Origin: Patescibacteria group bacterium
Lineage (GTDB): Bacteria > Patescibacteriota > CPR2 > UBA1875
NCBI GenBank assembly: GCA_041737595.1
Contig: JBGSRK010000009.1
Coordinates: 32,001 to 96,000, forward strand
Direction of reading: 5' to 3'
Length of the DNA stretch: 64,000 nucleotides
Part shown: one piece after another, positions 40,369 through 48,573 of the stretch
Layout: each line of letters opens with the position of its first letter
How positions within the stretch are numbered: the stretch's first letter is position 1
The notes under the pieces: generated by a model
What the model saw: the letters and a program-made list of their open reading frames with translations, nothing else
What the model was told of the DNA's origin: nothing
Database searches by the model: none
Made by a program: the position numbers and the translations under genes

Positions 40369-41047
40369 ATTGGATAATGTTATTTTTAATAGAGGCGGCA
40401 AAAGAATACTTGAAAATATCAACATTCATATCAAAAAATCTGAAGTTGTGAGCATACTTGGACCATCGGGGATAGGGAAAACTACTCTTGCAAAGATTAT
40501 GTCAGGTTTACTGAATCCTATTTCTGGTTCAGTATTTTTAGAGGGGAATATTCTGAAAACCCCTGTACCAACACTAGTATTATCTCACCAAGAATCAGAT
40601 TTGTTTGATTGGTTGACGGTTGAGGAAAATGTAGGGTTAGTAGGTGGCAAGAAAAACGCAGAAAAATGGCTTAATATATTTGGTCTGGTTGAATACCGTA
40701 ATAACTATCCAAAAACCCTCTCAGGTGGTATGAAAAAAAAAGTTTCACTAGCTAGAGCCGCAAGTGTAAATCCTTCTGTAATAATTTTAGACGAGCCGTT
40801 CTCTTCACTGGATGAAAAACAAAAAATAAAGTATTATAAAGAATTTAAAAATTTAGCAAATCAAGAAGGAGTTGCAATTATTGTTGTGACTCACGACATA
40901 AACGAAGCATATAATTTTTCAAACAGAATTATTTTTCTAGGTGGCAACCCTGCGACTATAATAGATGAAAAAATTCCGACCGGGGAAGAAAGTTCAAGTG
41001 AAAAAAGAGATTTAGTACTAAAAAATCTTGAGTCGATAGGAAAATGA
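40361..41047 (+). CDS. NitT/TauT ABC ATP-binding protein
   Basis: GPSGIGKT, LSGGMKK, LDEPFSSLD, VTHD. Confidence 0.92.
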   Translation: MLRLDNVIFNRGGKRILENINIHIKKSEVVSILGPSGIGKTTLAKIMSGLLNPISGSVFLEGNILKTPVPTLVLSHQESDLFDWLTVEENVGLVGGKKNAEKWLNIFGLVEYRNNYPKTLSGGMKKKVSLARAASVNPSVIILDEPFSSLDEKQKIKYYKEFKNLANQEGVAIIVVTHDINEAYNFSNRIIFLGGNPATIIDEKIPTGEESSSEKRDLVLKNLESIGK

Positions 41048-41050
41048 AAG

Positions 41051-42391
41051 ATGAAATATTTAAAAACCGTACTCCCGATGGAAATAAATGAAATCCCAAA
41101 GGCAGCTTCGCTTTTAATATCAAGAGCAAGAGATTTTGAAGTCTTACTATTTTCTGAGGCAGGGAGCTGGCCTATTAAATATATTTGGGAAAAGATGGCT
41201 GCAAAAGATAATAATTATAATAAAGTATTTTTTTCATCAAAAATTACTTCATTTTCAAAAAGTCCACTAGCTAATCAATTGTGTGGACTGCTAACAATTA
41301 CTGAAAGAAAATCAAAGCTTTCTCAAAAGAAAAAAAATAAGATTGCTACACTTTTAAATTCATTTAATGATGAATTTAAAGGTAAAATAACAAATCAGTT
41401 ACTTAATCAAAATGTAGAAAAAATTATACATTATATTTCTTCAATGGGGCTTATAATCCCTAGTGAAGAAGGGTTGATAAAACAAAATAAATGTTTTGAT
41501 AATAATATATCCACACTTAGTAAAAATTTTATTGATTTTAAAAAAAAATCAGTATCATACATTCTTTCTGATCTCCCAAATATTAAACATGAAGTTAGGC
41601 CTATACTGCAGATAATTTTATCAGATACTAAATTTGGTAAAGCAATAAAGTCACGAAAAGTTTATGTATTTGATGAGATAATAAGTCGTGGGAGGACTAT
41701 CAATTCTATAGAAGTGATTATAAATTCATTTTCATCCACAACGGATTGGGTTATGGGAGTTGTCTATTGCCCAAAGTTTTATGTTGGAAGTAAAATTGAT
41801 TTTGTTTATAGCGATAAAAAGGCATTACCTACGTCAAATCGACCAGATATGATTGGAGAAGTGACTTATGAGACTGTATTTGCTTTTGAAACTAAATCAC
41901 TTACGAATATTTTGCCTAATACAAGAGTAAAAAATGAAGACGATATAAGTATTTATAACAGTGAAATTGCAAAGTTTAATAGTCGATATTTCCCAAAGCT
42001 TAAAATGTTAAATAAGACATCTTTTCGAGCTCTTTTAAACTTATACTTTATGGCTGACGATAAGGATATATTTGAAAAGTGCCTTCATCTTAATTTAGTT
42101 GAATCAGTAAGCCTTTTAGAAGAAATCGCTTTTTATATAACAATGCCATTTCCACTTTCAGATATTATAAAACGAAATAAGTTTAAAAAAGAATCACGGC
42201 AAGTATTAAAAAAATTAGAATGCTCAATAACTAATTCTGATTTTTCTGATAACCTTAACAAGCTAAAAATAAAGTACTATGCTATTAGAAGTATAATTAT
42301 TAAGAGTGAAATAGCTTCCTGGATAAAAACAAATACTAAAGTAATAAGGGAGTTAGACTTAGTACTGGAGGAGGTTTTTAATGGAAAATAG
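41051..42391 (+). CDS. Hypothetical protein with type I PRTase-like PRPP-binding loop
   Basis: KVYVFDEIISRGRTI resembles hhhhDDhhxxGxT. Confidence 0.5.
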   Translation: MKYLKTVLPMEINEIPKAASLLISRARDFEVLLFSEAGSWPIKYIWEKMAAKDNNYNKVFFSSKITSFSKSPLANQLCGLLTITERKSKLSQKKKNKIATLLNSFNDEFKGKITNQLLNQNVEKIIHYISSMGLIIPSEEGLIKQNKCFDNNISTLSKNFIDFKKKSVSYILSDLPNIKHEVRPILQIILSDTKFGKAIKSRKVYVFDEIISRGRTINSIEVIINSFSSTTDWVMGVVYCPKFYVGSKIDFVYSDKKALPTSNRPDMIGEVTYETVFAFETKSLTNILPNTRVKNEDDISIYNSEIAKFNSRYFPKLKMLNKTSFRALLNLYFMADDKDIFEKCLHLNLVESVSLLEEIAFYITMPFPLSDIIKRNKFKKESRQVLKKLECSITNSDFSDNLNKLKIKYYAIRSIIIKSEIASWIKTNTKVIRELDLVLEEVFNGK

Positions 42392-43778
42392 CTATAAACA
42401 TATTATTCTTATTTCTATTGATACTTTACGAGCAGACTGTATTACTGCAGTCGAAACTAGTGATTTTATAAAAAAATATGGTCCAAAAAATTTTTCTACA
42501 AAATCACTAAATAATATTGTGAAAAAAGGTACTTTTTTCACAAACTGTATCTCGGCAGCACCATATACAACAGCTTCACATGCAGCCTATTTTACTGGTT
42601 GTTGGCCTAAAAATAACGGAGTTTATGAATTCTTTAACCAAAAATTAAAGAAACCTACTATATTTGAATTTGCAAAAAATAACCAATATAGAACTATATT
42701 TCAAACTGACTTTCCTATTATTCTAGGTGAAACACTTGGGTTTACTAAGGATGTTGATGATTATTTTATTGAGGATGAAATATCAGCTTTTGACAAATTA
42801 AAAAATTCAACAAAAAAAACTGTTTCTTTTTTCCATTTTGGTGGTGTTCATTATCCATATGGGTTTCATAAACTAAAGTTTGCTGGAAAGGATTATATCC
42901 ATAAAGTTGAAAGTCTAGAAAAAGAATTATCCGTTAGTAGTAAAGACAAATTAGACGATATATTAGTAGAAAGCTATTATAATAACAAAGATAGAGAGCT
43001 ACTTTCCAGATATAAAAGGATAGTCGACAAACTTTACAGAGAAAAAAAATATAATCGACTGAAGAATCTATATATTGAGGGAATAGATTATTTTATGGAA
43101 AATCGGTTCAATAGCTTTATAAAAAAAATAGTTGATTTTACCGACAGCACTGGTAGTTTACTAGTTATCTTTGCTGACCATGGGGAAGAATGGGATGATT
43201 TATCGCGCGGACATGCAAATTCCATCTCTGACACTGTTCTTCGAGTCCCTCTTATATTCTATGGGAAGGGTATCCCAAAAGGCGTAATAAATGATAGTTT
43301 AGTTAGAACAATCGATCTTCTCCCTACTATTTCGAATTTATTTAACATAGAAACCCCTCAATTAGATGGCGTAGCCATGAAATTTACAAAAGAAAAGAAA
43401 AATACAAACAATATGGCAATTTCTCAGGTTTGGAGATTAGGAGATAAGGATAAAATAGCAAAACACCAACAAATGATGATTAACAAAGAAAAGGTGGCGC
43501 CCCTACAGACTCTCTTAGAAAAAGAATCAATATATTTCAAAAATGTAGCATTTAAAAGAATATACAACAAAGAAGGAACAACTATTTCTGAAAAAACATA
43601 TTATAATAATGGAAAACAACTTATAAATTCAGTTGATACACAAAATGAAGAGTTAATAATAATGAAAAATCTACTTGAGAAATATAATTCAAAAGGATTT
43701 CGAAAAGTTGAGGCGGCAATTAGTTTACCTAAAAGACTTATTAAAGAGCTTCGCATGCAGGGCTATAAAATAAAATAA
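42381..43778 (+). CDS. Second sulfatase-fold enzyme, Thr at nucleophile position
   Basis: ISIDTLRAD, PYTTASHAAYFTG, HYPY, ADHGE, GHAN, DLLPT, C-terminal LRMQGY. Confidence 0.88.
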   Translation: MENSYKHIILISIDTLRADCITAVETSDFIKKYGPKNFSTKSLNNIVKKGTFFTNCISAAPYTTASHAAYFTGCWPKNNGVYEFFNQKLKKPTIFEFAKNNQYRTIFQTDFPIILGETLGFTKDVDDYFIEDEISAFDKLKNSTKKTVSFFHFGGVHYPYGFHKLKFAGKDYIHKVESLEKELSVSSKDKLDDILVESYYNNKDRELLSRYKRIVDKLYREKKYNRLKNLYIEGIDYFMENRFNSFIKKIVDFTDSTGSLLVIFADHGEEWDDLSRGHANSISDTVLRVPLIFYGKGIPKGVINDSLVRTIDLLPTISNLFNIETPQLDGVAMKFTKEKKNTNNMAISQVWRLGDKDKIAKHQQMMINKEKVAPLQTLLEKESIYFKNVAFKRIYNKEGTTISEKTYYNNGKQLINSVDTQNEELIIMKNLLEKYNSKGFRKVEAAISLPKRLIKELRMQGYKIK

Positions 43779-43789
43779 AGGAGAATATT

Positions 43790-45076
43790 TTGCCTAAATA
43801 TAAAACAATTAAACCTCCCAGAGGAATGCATGATCAATTTGAAGAAGATTTATTAAAAATTGAATCAGTTATTTCTATAGCATCTGAGATTGCTAGATCA
43901 TACGGATTTAAAAGAATAGAAACCCCCACTATTGAGTCAATCGAAGTTTTCACAAATACTGGAGATAAGACGATTGATAAATGTTTTACATTTATGGATA
44001 AATCAAACCGCGAGATGATATTGAGACCAGATATAAATGCTCCAATCAGCCGCGCTATAGTAAATCATAGCTCATCTCAACCACTACCTCAAAAAATATT
44101 TTTCCATGGCAGCGTTTTCAGATATAGAAAATCATACCGACGTGAGTTTATTATGTTTGGGGTAGAGACATATGGGATTGCTGAGCCTATTGCAGACGCC
44201 GAAATACTTCGAGTAGTGGTTGATTTGATTAAAAGACTGGGTTTTAAAAAATATACGATTGAATATAGTAATCTTTCAATATTTAGTAGGTTGATTAAAT
44301 TTTTATCAAAGACAGACAAAGTTAATGTTAATGTAGAAGAGCTAATATATAAGCTTAGATTTCATAATAAAAAAGAGCAAAAAAGTATTTTAAATAAAAT
44401 AGGTTTCCAAAAAAAATCAGAAGAGCTAATCATGGATTTTCTATCTTGCCCAGAGGTGAATAAAAACAGCTTTAATTTACTTAAAAAGGTAGCGGCTATG
44501 GATAAGTCTATAGAAATTGAAGCTCTGTCTGTTCTGAATTTCCGAGATGAACTCTTAAAACAACAGTTATCAAATTGTATTTTTAAAATTTCAAATCTAC
44601 ATGGTGAATCATTTTACTCTGGTCTTACATATCGTTTATATTTATCAACAGAAATGGGAGATGGGGGAAGATATGACAATTTTACTCTTTTACTAGGGGG
44701 TTTATATATTCCAGCTACTGGGTTAGGTTTTGGTATTAGTAGATTAATTAGACTAGCAGAAGCAGAAAGTATATTAATCCCAATAAAAACAAACATAAAA
44801 TATTTAGTTCGAATAGTAAGAGGCTCTGAAGAAACTGTACGACCTTATCTGAGATTACTTAGGAAACAAAATATTATTGTCAACGAAATCCCTGAAGACT
44901 ATAAAGATGATCGGTTGATGCCATTTGCAATCAAAGGTGGTTATCACCGTATCTTTGTTATAAAAAGTTTTAACAAAATAAGTGGACTTTATGAAGTTTG
45001 GTCAATAAATATAGTTGATGGAACTAATAAAAAATTTTCTACATATGGTCTAAAAGATATATTTAATTGCTCATAA
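43790..45076 (+). CDS. Divergent HisRS paralog (HisRS/HisZ-like)
   Basis: PRGMHD, IETPTIE, LRPDIN, FRY..RREF, GGRYD, GFGISR; His-pocket motifs altered. Confidence 0.8.
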   Translation: MPKYKTIKPPRGMHDQFEEDLLKIESVISIASEIARSYGFKRIETPTIESIEVFTNTGDKTIDKCFTFMDKSNREMILRPDINAPISRAIVNHSSSQPLPQKIFFHGSVFRYRKSYRREFIMFGVETYGIAEPIADAEILRVVVDLIKRLGFKKYTIEYSNLSIFSRLIKFLSKTDKVNVNVEELIYKLRFHNKKEQKSILNKIGFQKKSEELIMDFLSCPEVNKNSFNLLKKVAAMDKSIEIEALSVLNFRDELLKQQLSNCIFKISNLHGESFYSGLTYRLYLSTEMGDGGRYDNFTLLLGGLYIPATGLGFGISRLIRLAEAESILIPIKTNIKYLVRIVRGSEETVRPYLRLLRKQNIIVNEIPEDYKDDRLMPFAIKGGYHRIFVIKSFNKISGLYEVWSINIVDGTNKKFSTYGLKDIFNCS

Positions 45077-45253
45077 TATTAAAATGTGAAGACAAACCAG
45101 GTAATATTATATTTAGATCTTTTCCCCAAATTACAAACTTAGGCGATGCGAGTAACGCAGTGACTATCCAGAAAGATATAGAAATGAGATAAATAAAACA
45201 TTATAAAAAGGGATAGTCTTTATGTTTCTTATATTTTTTAAGTATTAAAGGAA

Positions 45254-45283
45254 AGAAGCCACACCCCGCTGGGGTATGGCTTC
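45254..45283 (-). terminator. Terminator after purB
   Basis: Minus strand GAAGCCATACCCC-AGC-GGGGTGTGGCTTC-TTTCCTTT. Confidence 0.65.
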
Positions 45284-45306
45284 AATTCCGTTGTGTCTTA
45301 TTCGAT

Positions 45307-46713
45307 CTAGATGGTCAGTGAGCCAAGAATTTCGGTCCACTGGCCGACAATGCGCTCGGTCGACTCAATCGAGAGACCAATATAGTTATGCGCCGGATCC
45401 TTGATAGTCGCAAGTTCAGAAGCGTTGAAAGTGTTGATATAGGTACGAAGCTTCTGACTTTGAAGTGCGAGGTCCTGGACCGAGACCCCTGTCTCTTTCG
45501 ACTCGAGAGTCAAAAGACGAACAGCTTCATGCGCATCCGGATGACCGTGTTTGGCCAAAAGAATGTAGAGCTGCTCACCACATGAACCCTTTCTCATCTC
45601 GAGGTTGCGTTCCATGTTGCCAGTGTGAACCTGAAGCTTCTTCATCGTTTTTGTGATTTTGGTCACGACGATGTAGAGATAGCCCAGAATCTCACCATAA
45701 GTACGGCCGGATGCTGAGTTAGTTAGGTCACGTTGGTGCTCACAGATCTGATCAAGCTGGACCGTAACCCAGCGACCAACCAGAACCTTGTAGAGTGACT
45801 CCGCGTTTTCGAAGTTGATCGGGTTCTGCTTGTCGGGCATCGTTGATGACCCGACCTGACCAGCTTCGAAAAATTCACCGACTTCGGCAATTTCTGTACG
45901 CTGCAGGTTCCGCATATCGCGTGAGAGTCCGGCAAGGAGTCCGGCGGTCTGTACGACCTCAAACAGTAGGTACTGAAGCGGTTCAGGTGGTGCGATCTGA
46001 GTTGAGATCGGCGCCGGGTTGACACCAAGTCGGCCAAGCACAAGACGCTCGAACTCACGAGGATCATCCACTAGAAGCGAGCTGGCATTGTACGCTCCAA
46101 CTGCTCCAGAGAACTTCCCAACCAGACCGTTTTTGGCCTGGCAGAGTTTAAGAATCTTCTGACCAAGGGCGTCGACGTACTTTGAGATGGCATTGCCAAA
46201 GGTGATCGGAACGGCGTGTTGGCCGTGGGTTCGACCTACCTGAAGCTGAGCCTTCTCCCGGAGAGCAAGATCGATTAGGACCTTCTCGAGCTCGATCAGA
46301 GCCGGAAGAAGGACCTGTTCAGTCACTGCCTTGTAGCGCGCCACGTTGGCAGTATCGATAATGTCGTACGAAGTGGCAGCAAGGTGGACGAATGGACGGG
46401 CTTCTGGACTTACTCGAGCCTGAATGCAGTTGACGACCGCTCGGATGTCATGCCGTGTCAGATCTTCCTCCTTGTACACCTCATCGGTCGTGATCTGCTT
46501 GCAAGCCTCAGTGACCTCATCAAGGACATCAGACGAACAAAGGCCAAGCTCTGCAAGAGTGGCAACAAGCGCACACTCTGCCTCGAGCTTGTAATCCGTG
46601 AAAGCATTCTCGGACAGGAACGGTACGAGCGGAATCACATCCTTCGCGTAACGAGTATCGATAGGAGCAATCCCATCCCAACGGTCATAAGTGACTTTTT
46701 CAGTAGGCTCCAT
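45307..46713 (-). CDS. purB: Adenylosuccinate lyase; GC-rich (start probably ATG 46713)
   Basis: RHD, TSYDI, GRTHGQHA, GAVG, GSSTMPDKQNP, HQRDLTNS. Confidence 0.93.
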   Translation of the reverse strand: MEPTEKVTYDRWDGIAPIDTRYAKDVIPLVPFLSENAFTDYKLEAECALVATLAELGLCSSDVLDEVTEACKQITTDEVYKEEDLTRHDIRAVVNCIQARVSPEARPFVHLAATSYDIIDTANVARYKAVTEQVLLPALIELEKVLIDLALREKAQLQVGRTHGQHAVPITFGNAISKYVDALGQKILKLCQAKNGLVGKFSGAVGAYNASSLLVDDPREFERLVLGRLGVNPAPISTQIAPPEPLQYLLFEVVQTAGLLAGLSRDMRNLQRTEIAEVGEFFEAGQVGSSTMPDKQNPINFENAESLYKVLVGRWVTVQLDQICEHQRDLTNSASGRTYGEILGYLYIVVTKITKTMKKLQVHTGNMERNLEMRKGSCGEQLYILLAKHGHPDAHEAVRLLTLESKETGVSVQDLALQSQKLRTYINTFNASELATIKDPAHNYIGLSIESTERIVGQWTEILGSLTI

Positions 46714-46881
46714 GGCGATTATCTTCTCCTTTTTCAAAGGGCTGGACACAACGAGAATGTCGCTATTTTACTACCAAATAAGGGAAAGGTAAACGTGCTT
46801 TATATCCTAAATGTTCAAAAAACTTTATTTTTTTAAATCGATTTTAGTAAAAATAAAAAAATAGATAAAAAACATGAATTA

Positions 46882-46910
46882 TTTACAGTAAACGATTGTT
46901 ATGTTAATAT
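46882..46910 (+). promoter_or_regulatory. Sigma70 promoter of purE-purC2
   Basis: TTTACA-17bp-TAATAT with TGn extension. Confidence 0.6.
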
Positions 46911-46984
46911 ACCCGCACGTGTAAGAAAGACAAACGTCAAGATCTACAGTTTCCTTCAATAGAGAGGTAAGGTGAAAAGGCTCT

Positions 46985-47533
46985 ATGGCTGCAAACGTAC
47001 CGCTTCTTAGTACCAAATGGCCCAACAAAGAGGCATATGTCGCGATTGTGCTCGGTAGCAAGAATGATTACAGCAAGATCGAAAAGTTGATCGAGATGAT
47101 GGAGAAGTTCTCTATCCCCTACGTCATCGTCGTCATCTCGGCACACCGCAACAAGCAAAAACTCGACGAGTTCATCCAAGGATTATCTGCCACAAACGTT
47201 CGCTTTGTCGTAGCTGTCGCCGGTATGGCAGCAGCACTAGGTGGCGCAATTGCCGCGGAGACCTGTCTTCCAGTATTTGGCATCCCACTACCATCACCGA
47301 ATGACCCCGATGGTATTGGTGCCAAATTCGCAACCAATGAGTTGCCTCCAGGCATCGCACAAGTAGCAGTTCTGGCGGACAATGTCTCAGACAACAGCAC
47401 ACGAATCGTGAACTTGATTGCTCGAACTCTTGCGATCCTTGACCCCAACTATAAGGGGTTGAAAGAGTTCATGGCAAGTGCATCCGTCGAGAAGCCACCA
47501 GTCATTCCGTATGTTCCAAAGGAGGCGAGCTAG
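46985..47533 (+). CDS. purE: PurE-family AIR carboxylase/mutase; GC-rich
   Basis: GSKND, SAHR, AGMAAALGG, PVFGIP, LPPGI. Confidence 0.85.
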   Translation: MAANVPLLSTKWPNKEAYVAIVLGSKNDYSKIEKLIEMMEKFSIPYVIVVISAHRNKQKLDEFIQGLSATNVRFVVAVAGMAAALGGAIAAETCLPVFGIPLPSPNDPDGIGAKFATNELPPGIAQVAVLADNVSDNSTRIVNLIARTLAILDPNYKGLKEFMASASVEKPPVIPYVPKEAS

Positions 47534-48388
47534 ATGGCTCACAGAAGAGAAATCAACCGTGGCAAGACTAAGACGATCTACGAAGGCACCAAACTCGGAA
47601 CTGTCCACGTTGTCAGTCGTGACGACATAACCGCTGGCGATGGCCAGCGTAAAGATCTGATCCCGGGCAAGGGCCATCTTTCGACCGTCACTACCGCGAA
47701 CATGTTCATGCTTCTTGCCGCACACGGCATCCCTACCCACTTCATGAGCATGATCAATGGGAATACGTTCAAAGCGAAGCAAGTCGACATGATCCCGCTC
47801 GAATGTGTCGCTCGGAGACTCGCTGTCGGTTCGTTCCTTGATCGTCAGCCCTCGTTCAAATCCGATCCTCCTCACCGCTTCGAGGCGATTGTTACCGAGC
47901 TCTTCTACAAGAGCGACGCAGACAACGACCCGATCGTCGTTCCTCAGAGCAACGGTGAGCTCTGGATTCACGATGCACACAAGCCGATTACAGACGCAAC
48001 CCACAAGGGTATGCTTTCACCGGTGGCGTATCATGTCCCACCGGAGAGCTACAACGGCACTCAACTCGAACTCATCGAACAACTGCTCAAGATCACCGAA
48101 CGAGTCTTTGAGATCCTTGAGCAGGCCTGGCGACAAATGGCGAACGCTAATCTCGTTGATCTCAAGATCGAATTTGGGGTGACGAGTGATGGCGAGCTCA
48201 TAGTTGCCGACGTTATCGATGCAGATTCATGGCGTCTCTGGCCAGACGGCGACCCGAACCAGGCATGGGACAAGGACTACTACCGTCAGCATGCCGATGC
48301 TTCTCGCATTGAAGCTACTCTTCACAAGTACAATGAAGTAGCCAAGGCGAGTAACGTTGTTGCCACTTACCGAGACATGACATCCTAA
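47534..48388 (+). CDS. purC: Second SAICAR synthetase, PAICS-like type; GC-rich
   Basis: GKTKTIY, DITAGDG, LECVARR, DLKIEFG, ADVIDADSWRLWP, DKDYYR. Confidence 0.9.
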   Translation: MAHRREINRGKTKTIYEGTKLGTVHVVSRDDITAGDGQRKDLIPGKGHLSTVTTANMFMLLAAHGIPTHFMSMINGNTFKAKQVDMIPLECVARRLAVGSFLDRQPSFKSDPPHRFEAIVTELFYKSDADNDPIVVPQSNGELWIHDAHKPITDATHKGMLSPVAYHVPPESYNGTQLELIEQLLKITERVFEILEQAWRQMANANLVDLKIEFGVTSDGELIVADVIDADSWRLWPDGDPNQAWDKDYYRQHADASRIEATLHKYNEVAKASNVVATYRDMTS

Positions 48389-48447
48389 CCCCCTTAAGGG
48401 GAGAAAGAACCTGAAGGTTCCCTCTCTCTGAGAGGGGGCCTTTATTT
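48389..48447 (+). terminator. Long terminator hairpin after purC2
   Basis: CCCCCT...AACC-TGAA-GGTT...AGGGGG then CCTTTATTT. Confidence 0.6.
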
Positions 48448-48573
48448 ACAAAAAAGTGCTAAGCATATTAGTTGATTTGAGTCATTAATAGAAATAAGCT
48501 ACTTAAAGTAGCTTATTCAAGGTGTGTTATATTTAGCGAATTGGGGGGCAAGAGCTACAATCATAATCACTTA

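Noticed and set aside
45388-48273. Many overlapping and antisense ORFs over purB, purE and purC2 (also over purC and hisS)
   Set aside because: Expected stop-codon scarcity in GC-rich coding DNA; no motifs or translation signals
48347-48357. GCGAGTAACG matching the island repeats
   Set aside because: Only 10 nt, inside purC2 coding sequence; probably chance
20080-48447. Integron attC sites behind the GC-rich genes
   Set aside because: No consistent RYYYAAC/GTTRRRY ends, genes are dispersed on both strands with their own promoters, and no integrase is present
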